Origin: Craspedostauros australis
Lineage: Eukaryota
Direction of reading: 5' to 3'
NCBI GenBank assembly: GCA_030167865.1
Contig: JALAGF010003307.1
Span: 1-64,000, forward strand
Length of the DNA stretch: 64,000 nucleotides
How positions within the stretch are numbered: position 1 is the first letter of the stretch; every line of letters begins with the position of its first letter. Of the stretch, positions 49,170 through 57,600 are shown one piece after another. The translations under genes were made by a program, and so were the position numbers. The notes under the pieces were generated by a model that saw nothing but the letters and a program-made list of their open reading frames with translations, ran no database searches and was not told where the DNA came from.

Positions 49170-50735
49170 TTAGGCCATGGATCCGGAGATCAGAGGTCTC
49201 TTCTTGTCGCTGCGGTCACCCTTGCTCGTGAAGACCCAGGCGGCTCCGGCACAGGCGACGGCGATGAGGACGATGATGCCGAAGATGGCTCCGCCGCTCA
49301 TGCTGCCTCCAGTGGATTTGGAGCTGGTGGTGCCCTGGTTGTAGTCGTACGTGCTTCCGCTGGTGGAGGAGTCGTAGACGGTGTAGTACTCTCCGTCGAG
49401 CTCCTCAACGGCTCGGCAGATGGCCTGGGCATCTTCCACGTCTTCCTCGGAGATGACGTATGAGTACCAGTCGTAGTTGGCAACGTAGGCATCTTCGTCC
49501 TCGTCCTCCTGGTTGTCGGCATCCTCGTCTTCGGCTTCGCAGTTTCCAAGGCTGACGGCTTCAAAGTCGCCTTCGAAGAGGTTGCGGCAGTATTCGCTGG
49601 CCTCGTTCTCCTCATCCTCGTCATCCTGGTTGTCGTCTTCGTCTCCCTCCTCGTAGTCGTCTGGGTTGACGTACTCGATCTCCTCGTAAGCGCAGTCAAG
49701 GTCGCTGGTGAACATGTTCTCGATGATCTTGGCGGACTTGTAGTAAGACGTGGCGTCATCGTCATCGACGAAGTTGGAGAATCGGAGCTGCTTGTGGTAC
49801 AGGCTGCAGTCCTCGTCGAGGAAGATGGCGAGCTCGACACCGTTTCCGTACTCGTTGCAGATGAAGCCTCCGTAGATGTTCTCGTACTGGCCGTTCTGGT
49901 CCTCCATCTGCTGGCATTCGGAGATCTCCTGGATCCACTCGAGGGCGTTGTCGTAGTCCATGTCCTTCTCTTCGTCCTCGTCCTCATCGGCATCCTCGCC
50001 CTGGTCCTGCTCGATGCACTGGTAGTCCACGCACAGGTCGCAGTCGATGTACTGGATGTTCTTCTGCGCGAGCTTTCGGCGGCGATCCTCACCTTCGCCG
50101 TCGTCCTTGTCGTCTTCGTCGTCCTTGTCATCCTCGTCGTTCTCGTCCTTGTCATCTTCGTCGTCCTTCTCATCGCCATCTTCGTTGCTGTTCTCGTCGC
50201 CGTCTTCGTCAGCGCCGTCGTCCGCGGCATCCTCGTCGGCCCATCCGAGGTAGGTCTCGCAGTACTCGTAGTTCTCCTCGCAGGCCTCGCAGTAGTCGTT
50301 GCGCTGGTTTGGGAGGTACTCGGCGAGCGCCTGAATGAAGGTGGCGATGTCGACAACGTAGGTGTTGGCGGCATCCTCCTCCTCGTAGTAGCAGTATTCG
50401 GTCTTGCACACGTTGAAGAGGATCAAGGACGTCTCGGAGATGATGGTCTCGGCAGCAGCGAGGTCGAGCAAGTCCTCGTCCTCGAAGATCTCGTCGTTCT
50501 GCATGGTGAGGGAAAGGCAGCTGTTGAACTGGATGGAGTAGTCTCCGGTGATTTCGAACTCCTCCTCATCGGCGTTCTCGTCGACACGACGGCCGTATGG
50601 CCTGGCCTTGGAGAGGATGGTGTTCTTGTTGAATTCACCATTGCGGATGCGGCGGTTGATCTCGTTGGTGTTGACGCTGGTCTTGGCGGACGCAGCGCCG
50701 ATCAGGGCGGAAAGCGCAAGAGCTAGGAACTTCAT
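49170..50735 (-). CDS. silicanin-like (Sin1 family) type I membrane protein, highly acidic
   Basis: Signal peptide MKFLALALSALIGAASA, basic pro-region ending RRV, YSIQFNSC, internal RRRKL, 16 luminal Cys, single TM GAIFGIIVLIAVACAGAAWVF and a short cytosolic tail. Confidence 0.75.
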   Translation of the reverse strand: MKFLALALSALIGAASAKTSVNTNEINRRIRNGEFNKNTILSKARPYGRRVDENADEEEFEITGDYSIQFNSCLSLTMQNDEIFEDEDLLDLAAAETIISETSLILFNVCKTEYCYYEEEDAANTYVVDIATFIQALAEYLPNQRNDYCEACEENYEYCETYLGWADEDAADDGADEDGDENSNEDGDEKDDEDDKDENDEDDKDDEDDKDDGEGEDRRRKLAQKNIQYIDCDLCVDYQCIEQDQGEDADEDEDEEKDMDYDNALEWIQEISECQQMEDQNGQYENIYGGFICNEYGNGVELAIFLDEDCSLYHKQLRFSNFVDDDDATSYYKSAKIIENMFTSDLDCAYEEIEYVNPDDYEEGDEDDNQDDEDEENEASEYCRNLFEGDFEAVSLGNCEAEDEDADNQEDEDEDAYVANYDWYSYVISEEDVEDAQAICRAVEELDGEYYTVYDSSTSGSTYDYNQGTTSSKSTGGSMSGGAIFGIIVLIAVACAGAAWVFTSKGDRSDKKRPLISGSMA

Positions 50736-50759
50736 TGTGTTTCGTTTCTGCGTAGTGTG

Positions 50760-50807
50760 TATTGTATTTGTATTTGTATTTGTATTGTATTGTATTTGTA
50801 TTGTATT
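50760..50807. repeat. (TTGTAT/TGTAT)n microsatellite in the silicanin-like 5' leader
   Basis: Direct reading: attgtatttgtatttgtatttgtattgtattgtatttgtattgtatt. Confidence 0.85.
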
Positions 50808-52575
50808 GGTTGTGCGTATTGTGCGCTGGGGCAGTGTGCGGTGTACGTTGGGATTTGGGGCAGATCTGTGAGAAAAACGATTGTGTCCACACCAACATGA
50901 TGGACGATGCGCTTGGGTGGGTTCATTTGGACAAACATGAACATGCACTTGCACCCGCAGTTGCGTCGGCACCGCCGTACGCCCGCTTTGGCGATATGCC
51001 TATGCTGCGTCTCAGCTGATTTTCCCTGGAGGAAAGGCATGCCCCAGGACAAGCGTGCGTCGTGGGCAGGGTCAATCTGGGGATGAGAGTCCACATCAGG
51101 TCAGACCGGATCTGACTTGAGCACACCACACCAACCGACCGACCATCCACGGCGGGGCAGTTGGGCGGCGTCCACTGCAACCGGAGCTCCTCCGTCGCCG
51201 TCAGTTGGTCGCCATGGTGAACAACATAATTGGGGTTCATTGGACGTACCGTTGTTGATGGCAGCTGGGGAATTGGTCTGAGCTTTCTTGATCAACTTGA
51301 CGTGAGATTGTGATGCGTTGAAATGGATGTCTGCGTGTTGCTGAGGTACTCGTACTGCTCGTTGTGCGGTATAACTGCGAGTATCTGCGCGTGCTCGTGT
51401 GGTGTGACCATTGTAGCGTCCTCGCACATGAGTGAATTGATTCCCCAAACGCTCCAACTGTCGCTCCTCCCTGTCACGCTGCGTATGTATGCGACACGCT
51501 GTTGCCATACAGTACGTCGCAACAGCGTGCGAAACGAAGAAAGCAAGGAGAGGGAAGGGAGGAAACGAGGAAGGATCTCGCTGCGAACGGCCAGCGACTT
51601 CCAGAAGCATCGCCTGTCATTTCTCCTGTTCTGTCTGACTTGCATCTGTTCTCGCCAACGGCTAGATGTCGATTTGGAGATGCTCTCTGTGTTCCCCCAA
51701 CGCAACGAATTGGTACGTTAGGACGTGCCGACGACTTTTGTATTTAGGAATAGCGACCTTGTCGACAAAGTGCTTGTATTCATACATTAATGTCATTAAT
51801 GTACTCCGATAACCGCCAACGAGCCAAGATACTGCCAAGAAATGAGAGCGTCGGTTATTGAGAAGCCATCCATCGAGCAGCCAAAAGCACGTGCTGGCCT
51901 CAACCGAAACAAGCAAACCGAGCCAACATTGGAATGAGTGACACGTCAGCATCCGTTCAATCACCCAATGAACCTTTTCGAAAACCCAACACGACTGGGT
52001 TTCAAAAGTACCATTCTCTGAATTCGACGACAATAGTACTAGTGATGCGGTACCGAATTACGGTTCACAGAAGCGCGCAGAAACGGAGACTTGTTTCTGC
52101 GACAGGAGGATTTGGCTTGACACCAATGACATCGACCCCGCCATTTTGCGAAAGGCGAAAGGTCAGTGACCATCGGCCAGTGGTCAATGGAAGAGAGGAC
52201 CGCAAAGACCGCCGCTGCCCTCATACTAACGCTCCGACTCGCACTCGCACATGCAATCGCAATCGCACACGCGCTCCAACTTCGCTTGCAGCTGCTGTGC
52301 CCCATGCATTGAGGAGCTTGCAGCATCGGTCGGACATCCGCATCCGCATCCGCATCCGCAATCACAAGCATGACGTGAACCTGCATACTCCATAGTACTC
52401 GACTATACTACCATCATCTTCTATTCCACTCCATCATAGAATACCATACTTTACCATACCGTACCATACCAAGCCAAACCATTCCAGACTCCACCCTGCC
52501 GTACGTATTCCAGCTTCAATCTGGTCTTGCGAATGTCCCATACGTCGCCGATGCACACAAGAGGAGAGACGCGAG

Positions 52576-54033
52576 ATGGAGGATGAGGCACAGCCAACGC
52601 GTCACTTCCACTGCTACCTGCTGAAAAGCGACGATCCCAAGCATCCCATCAAGACGTACGTCGGCTTCACCACCAACCCACACCGGCGATTGCGGCAGCA
52701 CAACGGCGACTTGAAGCACGGCGGCGCATTCCGCACCAGGAAATCCGGACGGCCATGGAGATTCGTCGCCATCATTCATGGGTTCCCCACGCAAAAGTCG
52801 GCTCTGCAGTTCGAATGGGCCTGGCAGCACTGCGATGGATCCATCGCCGTGCGAGGGCGGTTGGGCCGCGACTATGCCAAGACCATGAAACGCAAGCGCG
52901 GTGCTGTCGGTCAGCTGGCGATCATGCACATGCTCTTGACGCATTGCGTTCAAGAGATCTGCGGTTGCTCTCACCTCACCGTGTACTTCTTCGAGCAGCA
53001 GTACAAGACACGGGTCCTCAAACTGATCGAGTCGGATCGGCAATTCTTTCCCCAGAGCATCGAACTGGAAGTTGCGAGCCATCTATCCGAGTTACCATTT
53101 ATGAAACAGCATGCAAAACGGACGAGAAAGCCCAGCAGAGCAGGTCTAAGGAATGATGAACAACCCGAAGAGTCCCCACGAGTACGTGCGCCAATGCCAG
53201 TGCCCGCACCGAGGCCTGCAGCCGTTGACAGAGCACAAGCCGGGGGGTGCCCACTGCAAGAGCAACCATGCACCAGCAGCATCCCTACCAACGATTGCAT
53301 GTGGTGCCGTCGTCCGATCCGTGCAGCGGAGGAGATTGGTGCCACTGTCTGTGATTTTTGCGGCGAGATGATGCACGAAGTTTGTTCCGACATTCACGCG
53401 GAAAATCAGAGTGGAATGTGCCCATCGTGCAAAGCGCCATTCGGCTCCAACGCGGACGATACTAGCATGGATGAAGATAGCGATGGCGCAGATTTCATGT
53501 GGCTTAATGCTGCCTGCTGTTCTCACAGCACGGATGCATCTGAAAGCACTTCGAGAGACGCTATTCCAGAAGTCGTCGAGGGGTTGCCACAAACGTGTGA
53601 TACTGAAGCACAAATAGAAGCAGCAGCAGCAGGAGATGATGAAGAAAAAGATGATGATCATGATGATGATGAAAAAGATAACATGAATTATCCACCGTGG
53701 CAGAGTCATGCAACGAGCAGTGCTCACCCACAACACCCAAGAACAGCAACGGCATCACCAAAACCAACACCACGGTCGCGAGTACCAGCAGTAGCACTAG
53801 AACGAGCACAGGAAGGCCGCAACGCTCCGGCAGTGACAGGACCGCACGAAACAAATCACGATGACCAATCAACCAACAGCGACGTCAGTTTCAATCCTCT
53901 CTTCATGATGCAGGACGACACTGACGAAGACAGCGATGGAATGTTCCACGGCGCCCATCAACAGCCGATCGGGCAGACAAGTATCCATGAACACGTCACA
54001 TGCAGCAACCGAGAAGTGATTGAACTAGACTAA
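52576..54033 (+). CDS. SLX1: structure-specific endonuclease SLX1 (GIY-YIG plus RING/PHD-like finger)
   Basis: CYLLKS..TYVGFTTNPHRRLRQHNG..GGAFRT..RPW..HGFP..ALQFEWAWQH. Finger CMWC..CDFC..HEVC..CPSC. Confidence 0.92.
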   Translation: MEDEAQPTRHFHCYLLKSDDPKHPIKTYVGFTTNPHRRLRQHNGDLKHGGAFRTRKSGRPWRFVAIIHGFPTQKSALQFEWAWQHCDGSIAVRGRLGRDYAKTMKRKRGAVGQLAIMHMLLTHCVQEICGCSHLTVYFFEQQYKTRVLKLIESDRQFFPQSIELEVASHLSELPFMKQHAKRTRKPSRAGLRNDEQPEESPRVRAPMPVPAPRPAAVDRAQAGGCPLQEQPCTSSIPTNDCMWCRRPIRAAEEIGATVCDFCGEMMHEVCSDIHAENQSGMCPSCKAPFGSNADDTSMDEDSDGADFMWLNAACCSHSTDASESTSRDAIPEVVEGLPQTCDTEAQIEAAAAGDDEEKDDDHDDDEKDNMNYPPWQSHATSSAHPQHPRTATASPKPTPRSRVPAVALERAQEGRNAPAVTGPHETNHDDQSTNSDVSFNPLFMMQDDTDEDSDGMFHGAHQQPIGQTSIHEHVTCSNREVIELD

Positions 54034-54401
54034 AGCGGGGGGAGAGAGACGTCTCTCTACCTGTCTACGTCCGCACAATGCCCATGTCACACCCGTCTAC
54101 GCGCATGGTACCATACATAATCGTACCATACCCGTTATAGCTATCAGCATACATCCAAGGATGCATTTACAGATCTCTCACTCTCTCCGGAGACAGAGAG
54201 AGTGAGGGCGACAGAATTCTACAACGCAAGAGCCCAATCCCAGTCCCATCTGTGGAAGTTCCAAGAATCTCAACAGCACCCTTGCAGCCGCACGAACGAA
54301 CAAGAACGAAGAGAGCAACAGAAAGATACGAAAGCGGACAACAACAGCTTCCTCTCCGCACCACTCACGAGTACATTCATCTTCGTTCAACACAACTATT
54401 C

Positions 54402-54435
<34 letters not shown>
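54402..54435. repeat. (TAT)11 microsatellite just outside the left TSD
   Basis: Direct reading; it ends 7 bp before the TSD. Confidence 0.9.
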
Positions 54436-54442
54436 GACGCTC

Positions 54443-54459
54443 TACTCCAGTGGGCATCA
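54443..54459 (+). repeat. target-site duplication, left copy TACTCCAGTGGGCATCA
   Basis: Exact 17-bp direct repeat of 62801-62817; flanking bases differ on both sides. Confidence 0.95.
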
Positions 54460-54627
54460 ATAAATAAAAACGCAAAGATTAAACCCTCTTATGAGGCTGC
54501 GCCGAAGGCGCTTTTCTCCGCCTCCTTTCAACTTCGCGCCTGGCGCGAAGGGAGCACGGAATCCATAGATTGCTCTGTCGTTGTACGTATGTATGTATGT
54601 ATGTGTGCGTGTATGCGTCGCTGCCTT

Positions 54628-57600
54628 CTAGCTGGGTTCCGGGTTCACATGCCTGCACTGTAGCCATCGGAAGAGGACGCCTGTGGCGGCCGCCTCACCC
54701 AATTGCCGTGCTGCTTGCTCCACCCACACCGCAACCTGTGCAACTTGCGCCTCTGCTGCCGGAGCCGTCTGCAAAAGTCGTCGATAGGAATCTGGGTCTT
54801 TCTCGAGGCGAAGCCGAAGTGATGTAGCCCTTTCGTGGAGGGCGTGGACCATTTCGGACTCGGCCGAGCTGTCACCCTGGAACATGGCGTCATTTCTGGC
54901 CGACCAGTGCTCCCAGGCGATGTGCCATATTCGCCGGACGACCTGTTGTGCCCATGTCGGAGCTGTTCGCCGGGTCTTCTGCTGCTGTAGGAACTGCTGT
55001 TGGATCGCTATCCATTTCGACGACAGGATGCCCTTCCGCAACGCTTGCGGGCCTACCGACTCCTGACTCACGGCTGCCTCGTGGAGAGGACTACCGGGAG
55101 AGGACATCTGCAGATATGTGGACCCTTCCAGCTGACTCCGTAGCATTGTCAACAGCAGCGTTGTGACCGCCGGCGCCGTAGGGTAACGTCGCAGCCATCC
55201 CCCGAGCTCTCGAAGACGCCGCTTCGAAACTCCAAGTCGATCCGCTCCAGGGCAACGCCAGAAATGGGTCGCATCTTCCTGTCTGCCACAGCTAGGACAC
55301 AGGTCGGACTTCCGTAACCCCCACTGCTTCATGCGCTTGCCCACTGGCGCCTCTCCGGTAACAAGCTTGACCGTAAGAAGCCGCCTGACCTGATCCAGCT
55401 CTCGCAAGGACCGGCCGACGATCTCCCACTCGACCTGTTCCGGCCGCCGTACCACACCTCGTTGCCCAAGGACGTGAACCATGCCTTCGCATAGTGGACC
55501 TCGCGACACAGCCGAGTATGTTATCCTGGTGATTTTCCCAAGCGAGACGAACGATACGTGCTCTCCGTTTATGTGCCCACTGTGGACCTCGCTCACCGGT
55601 ATCGACTCTCGCGCGATGCGGGCCAACTTGTCAGCCACCACATTCATGCGTGCCCACCGGTCTAGGTTGCCCCATCCGGCGTCGTCGTCCTGATGGCCTT
55701 TCACATGCCGTCCCTGTACTGTAATGGGTATCGTGCTGCTCAGTGTTCGTACCGCCCTCTGCAAGTCGGCATCCGTGGACTTGGGGGACAGAGCCCACTC
55801 GTGATCCAGGGCTTTGAGAGCCCCCAGGTTGTCACATCCAAGAACAATGGCGCCGTCGACGATCCCGTAGGCCATGCATATGGCATTGAGCATCACCAGC
55901 ACTCCGTATATTCCAGCCAGTTCCGCCCGCTGCGATTGCATGACTTCGTTTGTCGCTGGTGCCAGGTTGAGGACAAGTAGCTGTGCTCCGCGTCCTTCAT
56001 GATCGGCCAGAATGATCGCCCCAGACGCTCCTTTCCCTTCCGCCACTGAGCCGTCGCTGCAGGCTACTGCCGAACCTATCCGTATGGACGCCGCTATCGT
56101 TTCCCATTCACCTGCCTTTTCGTAGCGCTGCACTGACCATTTTGCTGACTGTGGCATTTCGCGCAGTAGTTGATCCACTGTCGCCTCGTCGGCGCGCACC
56201 GCCTGCAAGCCTTCACCAGCTCCCGTAACCACTATCCGATCTCCTTCCGTGTAGCCATCGATAATATGCGTTGTCATTCCCACTGCACCATCGGATGGCT
56301 CGTAGAGTTTGGCGCGCCTTCGCCGCGGAACCCGCCGGAGACAGAACTCGGGTTGCTCGCGCCGCATGAGACGATCGCTTCCCGGATCCCATAGAACCGC
56401 CGGCACCTGCGATGAGTACTGCCTCCACTTGCCCAACGGACGGGCCAGCCGGGCGACTCTTGTCCTGGAGACTTGAAACAGCCTTCGAACGACTTGGCCC
56501 CACTGCCTCCAGTTGGCCGGACTTACTGATCCTATCGGTGGCCATGCCATTCGGGATGTTCTGAGCGGGATGAGTTCCGGACTCTCCGCTGCCGGGTGGA
56601 GGTGTTCTCCATCTACGCACGTGACATCCGACATCCAGAAGACTCGCTTTTTGATGCGGCACAGGTTGATGGCCTGCTCGACTTTCCTGTCGAGCTTGAG
56701 GGCTCTGACGCGCTCCATGATTGGCGCATCATGTTCTCGAGGGGCATGCAGTATCCTTTGCTCCCACTGCACTGTTACGCCCACCCTTGCTGCTTCCTGC
56801 CATACCGCCTTCATCCACGAGTCCGTCGCTAGATGTTCCCACCGCGCTGGGTCCTGTTGGAATACCTCTGGCATCCCCACCTGCAACGTCATGATCTCCA
56901 GTGAGGTCCTCATGAGCTTTCCAGTGAGGGTGTGCTGCCCCCAGTGCCTTGCGAGCATCTCGAGGTGCTTTGCCACCTGCACGTAGTAGAGGTGTTGCAC
57001 GCCCAATCCAAAACGCTCGAGAGGGCCAAACACTATCCTTCGCGACATATTGCGTTGGACTCCAGCCGCTGGCAACGCTGCCTGGAGCACCGGCCTCATG
57101 ATTCTCTCTGTGGCCTCCTTCGTGAATGTGGAACTGGTCAAAGGATACTCCAGAGTTTTCCAGATGGTGGCCTTCATGGCGATCCACGCGTGTGTTCTTA
57201 GCATGCGACTCCGCCGCACCTTGTCTGCCCACTTCTCCGCTTTCCCGGTGTAGTATGCCTCGTTGTCGTCTTGCACGCCGTCGTGCCGAACCATGACTCC
57301 CAGAGCTTTCCTGGCTTGGTCCACTTGCAGTCTCAAAAGGGTAGCTCTTTGCTGACTGTCGGGTTGCCGGATATTGATGTCTCCTGGCTGTTCGTCGATA
57401 CGTTTGTACTGCCATTGATTCCCGTCCCACTTGAAGACCATGAGGTACCAGTAGCTTTTGCTGGGCTCCAAAGCACCCCCTGTCGCTCTCAACATTCCTT
57501 CCCACGAGTCCACAACCCGTTGTACTTCCGCCGTGCATGCTTCGGGATCGTCGACGTCCGCTTGGACCGAGTGAATAAGGTCCGTATCGTCCACGAACGA

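Noticed and set aside
52576-54033. GIY-YIG nuclease next to an RT as a Penelope-like element
   Set aside because: The motifs are those of cellular SLX1, it is on the opposite strand and outside the TSDs, and the RT has its own APE domain.
54043-54058. Palindrome AGAGAGACGTCTCTCT just after the SLX1 stop
   Set aside because: It is built from (GA)/(TC) simple repeats that are common in this window, with no evidence of function.
54402-54435. (TAA)n on the minus strand as the LINE's 3' tail
   Set aside because: It lies outside the left TSD copy, so it belongs to the host target locus and not to the element.
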